Below, piece after piece: positions 1 through 12,936 of a stretch of 64,000 nucleotides of DNA. The first letter of the stretch is position 1; every line of letters begins with the position of its first letter. The stretch is from the human T2T-CHM13v2.0 reference genome, Homo sapiens: the NCBI RefSeq assembly GCF_009914755.1, contig NC_060931.1, one strand, 5' to 3'. Below the pieces are notes generated by a model. It did not search any database, was not told where the DNA came from, and saw nothing but the letters and a program-made list of their open reading frames with translations. Position numbers and translations under genes: made by a program.

Positions 1-314
1 TGAGAGCTCATCTCTAAAAATGCAGAAAAATATGGCAACAGAAAAGCAGAACATAACTGGATATTCGTGAAACAAATATTCACTATTGGAAGAATGGCTG
101 AAATTGTGTATTTTCTTGCTAAGCAATAACCATATGCATTTAGAACCTATCAAAGGAACATATACCCACAAATAGATAAGGCTGTGTTAACATTTTTTTG
201 AGATCAGTTTGCAGGATACAAGGGCACTAGAAGGCAGGAAAGGTGAACATAGCAGGAAAACTCAGGGCATTGATGCTCTCAGCTGAAAGGAGAACAGTGG
301 TAAGGGAGAACTAC

Positions 315-517
315 CAGCACAATTCAACAGAATCTTCTATGATGATGGAAATGCTATATAATCTATACTGTCCAATACAGTAGCTGCTAGCACATGTGGC
401 TATTGAGCATGTGAAATATGGCCAGTGCAAATGAGAAAATGAATTTTAATTTCATTTTGGTTAACTTAAATGTAAATAGCCACATGTGCCTAGCAGCTGC
501 TCTTTTGGACAGTACAG
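315..517 (+). mobile_element. MER3-like hAT-Charlie non-autonomous DNA transposon
   Basis: Matches the MER3 layout: ...gatgatggaaatg...ctgtccaatacagtagctgctagcacatgtggctattgagca...tagccacatgtgcctagc...ttggacagtacag, with internal inverted cacatgtg motifs. Confidence 0.85.
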
Positions 518-584
518 AACTAGATAGTGCTATGAAAACCAATCTCCTTCTTTAGGGAAGCTGATGATTACTGTTTGATGGCAA

Positions 585-700
585 AGTCAGTTTCAGTCTC
601 ATCTGAAAAGGGCAAATATAGCCATTTCACAATGCTGTAGGGGGTTAATGAGATGCTATATGGAATGTGCTTAACATAAAGCCTCGTACATAGTAAATGA
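585..700 (+). mobile_element. MIR SINE fragment
   Basis: tcagtctcatctgaaaagggc...aatgagatgctatatggaatgtgcttaaca...acatagtaa resembles the MIR core and 3' part. Confidence 0.65.
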
Positions 701-1260
701 GAAGAAATGAAGGTAGTAGTAATAGTGAATATAGGAATAGTAATAGTTGTGATAAATATATTATTTTTGTCTTTGCTGACAAACAGCAATAAGGTCTGAA
801 TATTGCAATAAGGAGGAGGTCAGCAAGAAATTGCCCCTGCCAAAATGATAATAAATTGCCTGGAAATTAGGAAGTTCATTATAGACAGTTAGGCTATACA
901 TAAACTCAGTAAATATTGATCAACCTGAAAATTTCAGAAGGTGAATTACTGCATATGCAATGTTTCCAGGTATGTTTCTGCATTGTAAAAAATCCAAGTT
1001 CTAGTGTCTTGGCCCCTCATCTAATTCTTAAAAGAATTCCAGATTAGTCCTAGCATACTATAGTTCTCATAAGGATAGGATCTTTTTCACAAACTACAAA
1101 GAGGGGTATTTTGTTTGCCAAGAGGAACCTTGGACAAATACTAATAAGAAAGGATGTCCCTGCTGAGCTCATACTAAGGGCAAGCCTGCGTTTTATAACT
1201 GGTGTGTAGCCCTTCAGAGAATTTACCGGCCTATGTTAATTAGTTAATATGCACCGAGCT

Positions 1261-1279
1261 TGTGTGTGTGTGTGTGTGT
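1261..1279. repeat. (TG)9 microsatellite
   Basis: Directly visible. Confidence 0.95.
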
Positions 1280-2689
1280 AAGGAGACACAGGACTAATAA
1301 GGACAATGAAGACTGGGATGGGGTAACATCATAGCAACTCTACCCACCCAAATCTTTGATCAAGTTTAAAGAAACTAGGGAGAAATGAGTTAAGAAGAGA
1401 AGCTGAAAGAGCTGATTTGAGGAAAGATATCATTCCCTGAGACTGAGTCTGGGATTGAGCAGTGATTTTTTTTTTTTTTTTTAAGGGAAAGGGCCCAAGA
1501 GAGCTAAGCATTTTTTCAACCTTTGCAGAGAATCCAAGGCCACTTAAACATCTGGAAAACTGGCAGCCTTGGGATCAGTGAAAGGTAGCACCTTAAGCAT
1601 ATACGTTAGCAGTTTGATGTATACTATCAGAAAGGGCTGTGGTGAGGCTGCCTCAAGTAGAGGACATGGATAATGGGACACTCAAGTAGCACAGGAAGAA
1701 CTGAGTTGAACTTGCTTGGAGAGTAGCATTGAAGAACCACCCTGTTTATAGCATCCCAGAAACACTTGTTGGGGGTTGAGGTCCTCCTGATCAGATGAGT
1801 TCAGTGTAAGCAGGCATTAAAGTGACCTAATTTGTCCTCACAGGATAGTAATGCCAGAGGACATTGGGGTACACTAGCTGTTTTGTTACTTTGGAGTTCC
1901 TGTTATTATTCAAACCTTTTTGAGTTTCTATAGTTGTATGCCACAACGATTTAGGGTGGAGTTAGTCCAGGGTAGCATTGGCACCAATAAAGGGCTGTTT
2001 GTTGAAAGCCTGCTCATCATTTGCCTTTTTATTGCTACCAGAACAACAGCAACTAGAATCACTAAATCTAACACTTGAATAAAGGCTCTTCAGAGGGCTT
2101 AACAGTGGCAATTACCAAACAGTCCACACCAACTGTTCTTGGCAGGAAGTGAAGAACAAGAAGTAAAGAATTACTCCATGAAGTGAAAAATTTGGGAAGT
2201 GCTTCAAATAGAAAATATGTAAATTGACAAAATGGGAGGACCATCAGCACAAACAACTGTTCTCTTGAGAAATAAAAATCCAATAAAGTTTAAGAATATA
2301 CCCAGCCTCTTTCAGGAGCTCTCTATTCAAAATGAAACCTTAAACTACACTGGAAGATAAACTGCATGCTTATCTGCATTGTTTGACTCAACCTACAATG
2401 GTTGAAATGAGATTTTTTTTTTTTTTGCCTTTTCTGACAAAGGTCATATTGATGGAAAATCCTATTTCATTGACACTTTCCAATTCTCTGGAAATGGTCA
2501 GTTATCATAACATAAGGATAGACAGAGGGACATTGATTTCCTTCCATCCCTTTAATTTAATGTTTCAGTTCTGATGATCACTATGCCAAAATTTTACCTA
2601 GCAGTACTGCCCATATCCTGGCCATATCATTTAATTAACAAAACTGAAATACTTAGCTTGGCCATGTAATTTGAGTAACCAAAATGAGA

Positions 2690-3310
2690 AATGATTGTAA
2701 ACAGTATTGAGCAAAGTTCTTGAAATGAATTATTTTTGCATGATGACTTTGAGGAATAAAAAGGATTAGAAAAGAGAAAGAAAGGAATAAAGTTCGAGTT
2801 GCACAGGTCAGAGGTAACGGATCAAAAGGTAAGGAGTACATAAAGTGTTCCAAGTTGACAAATTGGACATAAATAAATCACTAGGACCAGATGGCATTCA
2901 TCCAAGAGTTTTGAACGGACTCAAGGATGAAATTGTGGAGCTGTTGGCCAAATGTGGAAACTGTTGTTGCAAACAATCACCTTGTCAGAGTACTGGGAGA
3001 TTGCTGATGGGATTCCCATCTGTAAGAAGGACTCTAGAGAAAACCCTAGGAACAAGATATAGATCAGCAAGACTGGCTTTCCTGGCATAAAAAGATGAAA
3101 AGAATAAAAAAACAGGGTCAGTGCCACTGAACACCTTTACGTAACTCACTTACTGGGGTAAAAGCTGCATAGTTTGGGTAAGAAGAAATCATACAACCAC
3201 TATGGCCTTGTTGAGTTCTCTGAGGTGGTTAACAATTATTGTGTGGCCAAATTGTAGACATAATTTACTTTTCCTTTTAAGGGACTTTGAAAAGATTTAC
3301 TTAAAATGGC
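2690..3310 (+). mobile_element. L3/CR1 LINE ORF2 reverse-transcriptase fragment (degenerate)
   Basis: ORF 2845-3090 contains KLDINKSLGPDGIHPRVL..LKDEIVELL, the CR1 KSPGPDGIHPRVLKEL motif. Adjacent frames give EYWEIADGIPICKKDSRENP..YRS (CR1 EDWKxANVTPIFKKGxxEDPGNYRP) and IVDIIYF (VDIIYLDF). Confidence 0.9.
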
Positions 3311-3393
3311 TACTGAACAAAATATAACTGAGTTAGCATGAGATTATTTTCGTCACATATAAAAAAATAACAATGATAGACAACACAGAATTT

Positions 3394-3692
3394 GGTCGGG
3401 CATGCTGGCTCACGCCTATAATCCCAGCACTTTGGGAGGCTAGGCAGGAGGATCACTTGATCCCAGGAGTTCAAGATCAGCCTGGGAAACATGGTGAGAC
3501 CCCATATCTACCAAATAAAAAAATTAGTGGTGGTGAACACCTGTAGTCCCAGATACTCAGGAGGCTGAGGTGGGAGGATTGATTGAGGCTGGGAGATTGA
3601 GGCTGCAGTGGGCCGTGATAGTGCCACTGCACTCCAGCCTGGGTGATCAAGTGAGACCCTGGTCTCAAAACAACAAAAACATAAACAAAAAC
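3394..3692 (+). mobile_element. AluJ-type SINE
   Basis: Dimeric Alu with J-type diagnostics (gatcacttgatcccaggagttcaag, gaggtgggaggattgattgagg) and a degenerate A/C tail. Confidence 0.93.
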
Positions 3693-4164
3693 ATCACAGA
3701 GGTCATAAGGAACATTTTCCTTGGTGTAACCTATAGGAGTTGTGAGACAGTCTTATATTCATAAATGGATTTGTGTGGAAATTTTAAATTTATATATCCT
3801 CCTAATTTCTAGCCAGCAAGGATATATCAATACAAAATACTGAAAGTGGGAAATTTCAAAAGGATATTTGAATGGGAAGAAATATGTTGGGCCAATTTCA
3901 ATGTGTATTTCAAAACTACACTTACAACTTGCCTCTCAAGCAGGTCCTGGTAGTCATTGTAGTTTAAAGCTCTAACAGAACTGAGGATGCCATTAGGGAG
4001 AATGCCTTAAACAAATCAGGAGCAGCTGCAGGGCACAGGGCTTTGCATGCAGAATGGAGCAGGGATGAACTCACACAGAGTGCCTATACCTTATGCCAGC
4101 TGCGGTACATGCGTATTCTCATTTGTCACACTGATTGTAAAGTAGATGATATTATAAAACTTTG

Positions 4165-4252
4165 GATCCTATAATTAGCAATACTGTATTGTACACTTAA
4201 AATTGTAATGTTAATAGATCTCAGGTGAACTGATCTTACAATAATTAAAAAA
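4165..4252 (+). mobile_element. L1MA/L1MB extreme 3' end fragment
   Basis: ctataattagcaatactgtattgtacacttaaaatt...tagatctcagg...caataattaaaaaa. Confidence 0.65.
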
Positions 4253-4943
4253 GGCAATAGACCTGATGTTTTAGAAAATATATATTTCTACAAAACAGGC
4301 AAACACTTGTTATAAGTGTTTTTCATGACAACATAAATCTTGCCTGAGTTTCTTTTTACACATATCAATTGACTTCATTATTTTCTCTCTCCTTAGGATA
4401 ATTTTCTATTATTTCTAGAAGGTGAATGTAATGTGTAAAGGCAAAAAAAAAAAAAAAATCTACTCCTGTGACTGACATGCATTTTCTTCTGTTGCAGATA
4501 TAAGAGAATAAAGTGAAGAGAAAGGAACTTTCTCAAAGTTGTATTGCTTAGAGGGAGTAGAAATAAGATTAAAAACCAATGTCAGTTTGACACTAAATTC
4601 TGCGCTCTTGAAAGGTGGTCATTAATGTCTAATTATTTGATTTAAATTTATTCCCATTAAAAAACCTAGTCTTGCACAAAACAGACTCCCGCTTTTCTGA
4701 TAGTATTGTTCCAGCTGTTACTACTCAGTCATCTTAGTCTCATGCTTTTTGCTCTCCCAAAGAATCATTAACCATTTCCATGTTAAGCTTCCTTTAGGTC
4801 AATTCTGAGAGCTGAAAAAGTAAATAGGTTCAACAAAGATATAAACAATTAGTTTTCCACCTATTGTTATTATTTATCAAAATAAATTAAAAGAAACATT
4901 TTTGTTCTGTTTTGAATCAGAATGGAATTTCAGAAAATGTTCA

Positions 4944-7277
4944 CGATATGGTGTGGCTGCATCTCCACCCAAATCTCATCTTGTATTGTAACTCCTACAA
5001 TTCCCATGTATTATGGGAGGAATTTGGTGGGAGGTGATTGAATTATGGAGGCAGATCTTTCCTGTGATCTTCTCGTGATAGCGAATGAGCCTCACGAGAT
5101 CTGATGGTTTTAAAAAATGGGAGTTTTCCTGCACAAGCTCTCTCTTTGCCTGACGCCATCTCCGTAAGATGTGACTTGCTCCTCCTTGCCTTCCACCATG
5201 ATTGTGAGGCTTCCCCAGCCATGTGGAACTGTAAGTCCAATTAAACCTCTTTCTTTTGTAAATTGCCCAGTCTCAGGAATGATTTCTTAAAGTCTTTATC
5301 AGCAGCATGAAAACAGACTAATACAGTAAATTGGTACTGAGGTTGGGGTATGGCTGAAAAGATACCTGAAAATGTGGAAGCAACTTTGGAATTGGATAAC
5401 AGGCAGAGGTTGGAACAGTTTGGAGGACTCAGAAGAAGATAGGAAAACGTGGGAAAGTTTGGAACTTCCTAGAGACTTGTTGAATGGCTTTGACCAAAAG
5501 CCTGATAATGACAGGGACAATAAGGTCCAGGCTGAGGTGGTCTCAGATAGAGATGAGGAACTTGTTGGGAACTGGAGAGTAAAGATGACTCTTGTTATGT
5601 TTTACCAAAGAGACTGCCGGCATTTTGGCCCTGCCCTAGAGATTTGTGGAGCCTTGAAGTTGAGAGAGATGATTTAGGATATCTGGCAGAAGAAGTTTCT
5701 AAGCAGCAAAGCATTCAAGAGGTGACTTGGATGCTGTTAAAAACATTCAGTTTTATAAGGGAAGCAGAGCATAAAGGTTCAGAAAATTTGCAGCCTGACA
5801 ATGTAATAGAAAAGAAAAACCCATTTTCTGAGGCGAAATTGAAGCCAGCTGCAGAAATTTGCACAAATAACAAGGAGCTGAATGTTAATCCCCAAGACAA
5901 TGGGGAAAATGTCTCCAGGGCATGTCAGAGGTCTTCATGGCAGCCCCTCCCATCACAGGTCTGGAGGCCTAGGAGAAAATGGTTTTGTGGGCCAGGCCAA
6001 GGGTCCCCCTGCTGTGTGCAGTCTACAGACTTGGTGCCCTGTGTCCCAGCCACTCCAGCCATGACTAAAAGGGGCCAACGTACAGCTCAGGCTGTTGCCT
6101 CAGAGGATGGAAGCCCCAAACCTTGGCCGCTTCCATGTGGCATTGAGCCTGCAGGTGCACAGAAGTCAAGAATTGAGGTTTGGGAACCTCTGCTGCCTAT
6201 ATTTCAGAAGATATATGGAAATGCCTGGATGCCCAGGTAGAAGTTTGCTGCAGGGGTGGGGCCTTCATGGAGAACCTCTGCTAGGGCAATGCAGAAGGGA
6301 AATATGGGGTTGGAGTCCCCTGCACAGAGTCCTTACTGGGGCACCTCCTAGTGGAGCAGTGAAAAAAGGGTCACCATCCTCCAGACCCCAGAATGGTAGA
6401 TTCATGAAAACTTGCACCGTGTGCCTGGAAAAGTTGCAGACACTCAACACCAGCCCATTAAAGCAGCCAGGAGGGAGGCTGTACCCTGCAAAGCCATAGG
6501 GGTGGAGCTGCCCAAGACCGTGGGAACCCACCTCTTGTATCAGCATGACCTGGAATGTGAGACATGGAGTCAAAGGAAATCATTTTGGAGCTTTAAGATT
6601 TGACTACCCTGCTGGAATTTGGACTTGCATGGGGTCTGTAGCCCCTTTGTTTTGTCCAATTTCTCCCATTTGGAATGGCTGAATTTACCCAATGCCTGCA
6701 CCCCCACTGTATCTAGGAAGTAACTAACTTGCTTTTGATGTTATAGGCTTATAGACAGAAGGGACTTGTCTTGTTTAAGATGAGACTTTGGACTATGGAC
6801 TTTTGAGTTAACGTTGAGATGAGTTAAGACTTTAGGGGACTGTTGAGAAGGGATGATTGGTTTTGAAATGTGAGGACATGAGATTTGGGAGGGGCCAGGG
6901 ACAGGATGATATGGTTTGTCTTTGTCCCCACCCAAATCTCATCTTGAATTGTAACTCCCACAATTCCTACATGTCTTGGGAAGAACTTGGTTAGAGGTGA
7001 TTGAATTATGGGGGCGGGTCTTTCCTGTGCTGTTCTCATAATGATGAATGAGTCTCATGAGATCTGATGGTTTTAAAAAGTGGGAGTTTGCCTGCACAAG
7101 CTCTCTCTTTGCCTGATGCCATTCATGTAAGATATGACTTGCTCCTTCTTGCCTTCCACCGTGATTGTGAGGCTTCCTCAGCCACGTGGAACTGTAAGTC
7201 CAATTAAACCTCTTTCTTTTGTCAATTGCCCAGTCTTGGGTGTGTCTTTATCAGCAGCATGAAAACAGACTAATACA
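4944..7277 (+). mobile_element. Full-length THE1 (THE1B-like) ERVL-MaLR element: 5' LTR 4944-5325, internal 5326-6906, 3' LTR 6907-7277
   Basis: Two homologous LTRs ((t/c)gatatgg...gactaataca). The internal region begins gtaaattggtac and ends with a purine tract (gggaggggccagggacagga). 5-bp TSD GTTCA at 4939-4943 and 7278-7282. Confidence 0.97.
5644..6240 (+). pseudogene. THE1-internal ORF remnant (198 aa), not a host gene
   Basis: Lies wholly within THE1-int. The peptide ERDDLGYLAEEVSKQQSIQEVTW is the typical MaLR internal ORF. Confidence 0.75.
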
Positions 7278-7639
7278 GTTCAGTTCAAATGGAAAGATAT
7301 GGAAATGTAGGCATAGGGAAAATGTGTTTACTTGAGGTCACAGAGATTATACATGGTAGAGTTGGAAATGGTAGGAGGAGCTAGACATCTGTATGTGCTC
7401 ACTATTGGTCCTTTTCTAAAGATTGGTCTGCTGATATATAGGGTGAGACTGTGTAAGGCCTAGAAGAGATCAGTTGCTACAGAGATAAGAGATGAATAGT
7501 GAAACCAAAGTCTGTATAGTGCTAGAAGATTTTGTAGTCCTTGCTCAGTCAGAATGGAGAAACCTCACAAACTTTCTTGGGCAATAAAGGCATCTGAGAT
7601 GTCAGAAAGGCCACAGCTTAGAAATAAGAATGATTCCTT

Positions 7640-9570
7640 AAAGTAAGAGGCATATCATTGGGTTAAGTTCAAAGTCAAAATATACTGCCCTAGCAAATAA
7701 ATTATTCCAAATCTGACAGGGTCAATAATCTGCTAGTAATTTAACTCCCTGCCAGAACAAACTGAGCACTCTTTAAAGAAAAATAATACAATAATTCACA
7801 GTATAATAAAAAAAATTGGAAAACAATACCAAAATTGTGACCTGTAGTTAAGAGAAAAATCAGTCAACAGACATTAACCCCAAAATGATTATAAGTTAGA
7901 ATGAGCAGATGAGGACTTTAAAGTAGCTTGACTACATTAAGGAAAGTATGACCATAATGAATGAACAAATGAGGAATCACAGAAGAGCAACAGAAGTTGT
8001 AAAAAGGAACAAATGTAATTCAGAACTAAAAATTATAATATTCAAAATGAAAAATTCATGAAATTGCATTAGGTTGAAGATAGAATAAAAAGGGCCAATG
8101 AATGTATAGACAAATCAATAGGAAGCATCCTATTTCAATTACAGAGAGAAAAACAAATGTCCTTTGTAGGGACATGGATGAAATCGGAAATTATCATTCT
8201 CAGTAAACTATCGCAAGAACAAAAAACCAAACACCGCATATTCTCACTCATAGGTGGGAACTGAACAATGGAACACATGGACACAGGAAGGGGAACATCA
8301 CACTCTGGGGACTGTTGTGGGGTGGGGGGAGCGCGGAGGGATAGCATTGGGAGATATACCTAATGCTAGATGACGAGTTAGTGGGTGCAGCGCACCAGCA
8401 TGGCACATGTATACATATGTAACTAACCTGCACATTGTGCACATGTACCCTAAAACTTAAAGTATAATAATAATAAATTAATTAATTAAAAAAAAAGAAA
8501 TGAACAGAGCTTCAATAATCTGTGAGAAAATATCAAGCAGTCTACCACATATGTAATTGAAATTCCTGAAGGTGAGGAGAGAATGTTCCTAAACAATCCA
8601 AATTTGGTGAAAAACATACTTAAGAGATTCAAAAGTTCATTGGATCCCAGGCAGGATTAATATAAAGAAAATCTAACCTAGGCACATGATGATTAAACTA
8701 GTGAAAAGCAAATACAAGGAGAAATTTTGAAAGCAGCCAGAGAAAAGCAACATATTACGTACAAATAAAAACAGACAAATAATGGAGTTTATATGTACGC
8801 ACGTGTAATACATATGACAACAGTAGCACAAAAGACATGTGGGTGGCAAGTAGAACTCTACTGTTTCAATGCTCTAACATTTTACATGAAATAATATAAC
8901 ATTAACTCTAAAGTGTGGCAAGTTAAGGAAGTATATTGTAATCTTTAGAGTAACCACTAAAAACAAATGACAAAAGCCATAGCTAAAAATTCAATTAGAA
9001 GAGGAATTCAAATTCAAGAGAGCAGAAATAGAGGAAAAAAGAAATAAAAAACTAATGGGGCAAATAGGAAGAATAACAAAATAAGAGATCTAATTCCAAC
9101 CACATCAGTAATTATATTAAATGAAAATGGACTAAATATTTTAATTAAAAACCCAATATTACCAGGCTGGATAAAAAAAGGCAATCCAATTATATGCTGA
9201 GTATAAGAAGCACACTTTAAATGTAAAGACAAAGAAAAAGTGAAAGTAAAAGGATAGAAAAAGACAAGTCATGCATACAGCAAAAGAAAGCCATACTGAT
9301 ACGAGGCAAACTAGACTTTAAGACAAGAAGTGCTACTAGAGATAATGAGGAATATTTCATGATGATGAAAAGCTGAATTCATCACAATTATGCATTTGTA
9401 TATGCCTTATATCATGACTGCATGACCCAAAATGAACAGAATCAGTCAAAAATAGACAAATGTATAATCATAGTGAAAGATTTTAATACCACTCTTTCAG
9501 TAACTGAGAGAACAAAAAGACAAAAAAAAAAAAAAACAGCCAGAATATGAATTTGAACAACATTAAATGA
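7640..9570 (+). mobile_element. Old L1M element (ORF1 to endonuclease fragments), interrupted by a young L1PA
   Basis: A-rich L1 sense sequence with ORF1-like gaaaattttgaaagcagccagagaaaag and EN-like ctggataaaaaaaggcaatccaattatatgctg...cacactttaaatgtaaagac. Boundaries approximate. Confidence 0.8.
8157..8496 (+). mobile_element. Young 5'-truncated L1PA (L1PA2/L1PA3-type) 3' end
   Basis: Near-consensus L1 3' UTR. gatgacGAGttagtggg has GAG rather than the L1HS ACA/ACG. G-rich tract and poly-A present; imperfect TSD aaaaacaaatg / aaaaagaaatg. Confidence 0.93.
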
Positions 9571-11349
9571 AAGGAAGCTTACATTTATTCTATTCTATTA
9601 AAATTTAATTTATATAAACTTCCAAATTATATCCTATTTCCAATCTCTCTGTATTGGCTGTATAATCATATCTACAATGTTTTTACACAACTTTTGATTA
9701 ATGAGTACTGTATTTTGTGTCTGTCAGTGGTTCAAGACTCCTGAAAAAGAATTATAAATTGGGCTGGTCTAGGCCAAAAGACAACCATGTAGTAGGAAAA
9801 ATCTGTCTCCACCCCATGGGAATTTTTCATCCTATGCCATCTCCTGTGAACTTCCAGCCACAATCCAAACGCATAAATGAGAAGTTCTCAGAGACCCCCT
9901 TTTATTCCCAGAAAACAGGAACGCATCGTAACAGAGTCTTCTGTAATTATATTTAATGATTATTTAGTTGCTATTTAACAAAACATTAAATCTAATAATG
10001 GGTACTTCAGGCGAGGACAGAAAAGAGGACAAGTTTATGGAAAGCCAGTGAAGTTGATATTGCTATGGAGGAATTGGGAAAAGGGTAAGAGATAGTAGAA
10101 GAAGGTGGGAGCAGGTTCTGGTACTCTCCTTAAAGTATATATGCTTCTTTATAAATACAAAGTCATTATTTGAAAACACACTTTTAAAAAGGAATAAATG
10201 CAGATAACATATAAAATTTGTTAAATGCAAATGTTTATCTTGAAAATAAGAATCCTTGCTTATCCTTGTTCCAGTGATGAATTGACCTTATTATTAGCTA
10301 TCTTCTTAGGATAATTTTAGTGTCTTGGAGCTAGAAAGTGAAGATAAAAATATTTAAAAATTGACATGTAATTTCCTTCACAAACTGGCCTTTTCACGGT
10401 TTGTCAAAAAGTATATTTAAAAAATTCATGCTAGAGTCCTCCACATCCAGGTCCTCATCCCGGAATACCTGCAAACACATGCAGCCCATTTAAGGCTGGT
10501 GCCTTTACTTGCTAACTGCCTGCCGTGCCCAAGCACTGAGACCCCATAAAAAGCCTGACTTGGCCTCTCACCTTCCATTGGAATTACCTCTGGTTTCTAG
10601 CTTATTAGTTTCACACGTATATTTCTCTTCCCTCCATAGGCTCAATTGTAGGACAAACACTCACCAATGCTATAGGTCGCTGCCTATCAGACTGCCAAGC
10701 TATTTTCCAAGGGACAAGTGATTCAAGCTTCAGAGACACAGTAGCTTAGTTCAGCTTGTGGACCTCCACATTTCTGGGACAGGGTAGCATGCTCCTGTAT
10801 ACACATTTACCATATAGCGTAATGGCAGATATAATGCTGTGTTACTAACAAAAAGTTAGTGACTAAAGTACAGAAGCATTAAGGTAGCACTTCAAAGCAC
10901 AATTATTATCATAAGGTATCTAGAGACTGTCTTCCAAATAAAAGACGTGAACTTTATTATTGGTTTCTATAATGAGTACAGGAGGGAGGCCATTCTGTTT
11001 CAAAACATAAAGTGGGAAAAGGTACTTCAAAAACCACAAGTGGCTGCAAAACTGTTTATATTAATAAATCGCCACATTGGTTTTTGTAACTGACCCAAAC
11101 ATCATCAGAACTCCCATCCCCTCCTCATTGTTTTCTCTGGTCTTTGGTGCTATGCTTGACAGATTTTTCTTTTCTCCTTTTCTGATATACACCTTTAGGC
11201 AATTCCAAGCATTTGTGAGATGGCCTCCTGGGGTCAGAGGTAGGCTGAGGAGGGCTTACAGGCAGCGGTTTCAGAAGAGGGTAGGGGAGGTAGAATTTCT
11301 CCACTGAAAACTCCCGTGGAAAAAAATGGATTTCGTTCTTTGTTTCATT

Positions 11350-11419
11350 TTTTCCTATGAGAAGCTAATAGACTGATAAAGGGATTAAACCCACAGCCTT
11401 GGCCTCATTCACACCACAC
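11350..11419 (-). mobile_element. MamSINE1-like (tRNA-Ile-headed) ancient SINE fragment
   Basis: Minus strand reads gtggtgtgaatgaggccaaggctgtgggtttaatccctttatcagtctattagcttc, matching the MamSINE1 head GTGGTGCTAATGAGGCCAAGGTCACGGGTTCGATCCCCGTATGGGCCAGTTAGCTTC. Confidence 0.65.
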
Positions 11420-11619
11420 AATTTAAAAAGATAGAATAAATATGTACCTTTTTTCTCTAACTGCTGCTATACTACTATTTTCTTAGTAATTTAAATGCCA
11501 TTATTCAAGACGTTTTTTCGAAAGGCACAAAAAAGAAGGCTTTTTCTTTTTAAAAATGGTGACTATACCTAATAATACTTAATAATAATATAAAGAAAAT
11601 ATAATTTTATTTAGAAATA

Positions 11620-11870
11620 AGCAACTAGCTTTGTATAGCACTTGCTATATGCCAGTATGTTTGTGTTTTACTCATATTTATTTTGACCTCATGAGTACCC
11701 AAAGATATAGGTATTATAAGTATTCCCATTTTTATAGATCAAGAAATCGAGGTATTGAGAGGTTAAGTAATTTGCCCAAGGCCACATGTCTAGTATAGTG
11801 ATGGAGTTGGGATCTGAATCAGGCATTTTGGATCCAGAATCCCTTTTCCTAACCACTGTGCTACATTGCC
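11620..11870 (-). mobile_element. MIR SINE, near full length
   Basis: cccatttttatagat..gaaatcgagg..gagaggttaagtaatttgcccaaggccaca...taaccactgtgctacattgcc is the reverse-complement MIR. Confidence 0.9.
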
Positions 11871-11887
11871 CTTCTTCATTCATGCTC

Positions 11888-12053
11888 CAGAGTGGCATTT
11901 CCCACACTTTAATGTGTGTATGAATCATTTGGCTATCTTGTTAAAATGCAAATGCAGATTCCAATTCCATATTCAGCATTCTGGGGTGAGGCCTGAGATT
12001 CTGCATTTTTAACAAGTTCTCAGGTGATTCTGGTCTTTAAGCTACAATTTGAG
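11888..12053. mobile_element. MER5A-like hAT-Charlie element
   Basis: gaatcatttgg..cttgttaaaatgca..gattc...ctggggtgaggcctgagattctgcatttttaacaagttctcaggtgattctg. Confidence 0.85.
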
Positions 12054-12102
12054 AAAAATATTACAATGCTCTAACTGTATTACTGTCTGTTCTGGAAAAG
12101 CC

Positions 12103-12127
12103 TTTTTTTTTTTTTTTTTTTTTTTTT
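12103..12127. repeat. T25 homopolymer
   Basis: Directly visible. Confidence 0.95.
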
Positions 12128-12935
12128 AATAAGAGGGGCTAGGATTGATGAGAGAAGAAATACTTAGGAATTAAAAGCCTGCATGTAAATATGCATATAT
12201 ATTCTACAGCTAAAAAATTCTACAGAGGGTGGATTTTATTTTAAGTAGGCTTAATACAATCATAAATTACCTTAGATGTCTGAGTGCAGTTCTAATTTAA
12301 AAAGTTAAGTAGTATTCCAGGAAACTTATTAAAAATAGAGAAAAAACACCCCTCTATTTCTGAATATACTTAGTTTTTGAGTTTTAATTATAAACCATTT
12401 CTTCTGATAATGAAATCAGAAGTTCATTACTTTCTCTCATATTTGATGAAAGTAATAGTATCCAACACCTTTTAAACAGTTGTTATAGGAGGAAATCCCA
12501 CAGATAAGGCTGGAAGTGGACAAAAGGGAAACTTGGTAACTTTCTGAGCTGGAAGGGACATGCCCCAAAAGTGTAGTAATTTGTCTATTTCCTGAGATTC
12601 CCCCTAAGCAACCACTAGTCCTTTACGTCTTGAAATCTTTAGGCCTTCGAGTTTGCTGTGAAAATACAAATAATGTGTTTACAGTTAACACCGCAAAGGG
12701 ATGGCTTTCCAACCAGGATCCCTAGTTGACTCAATTCTCTAAGTCCAACAGGAGGGGTTACTAGTGAAAGCCAGAAATTCCTGAGAGAAAGTTCCATCAA
12801 GTTCAATGTGTCAGACTTACAATTTTGCACAGGTTTGCCTGAGCATATATTATTTAATTCATTTCCCAGAGACAGGTATTATAGACTTATAGCTTCTCTA
12901 TGAGCTGAATTGCCTGTTGGAATCAGTGAGGTAGG

Positions 12936-12936
<1 letters not shown>

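Noticed and set aside
5372-6603. Longest ORFs in the window (101, 198, 134 and 102 aa) as a host gene
   Set aside because: All lie within THE1-int; the frames are fragmented and there is no splice context.
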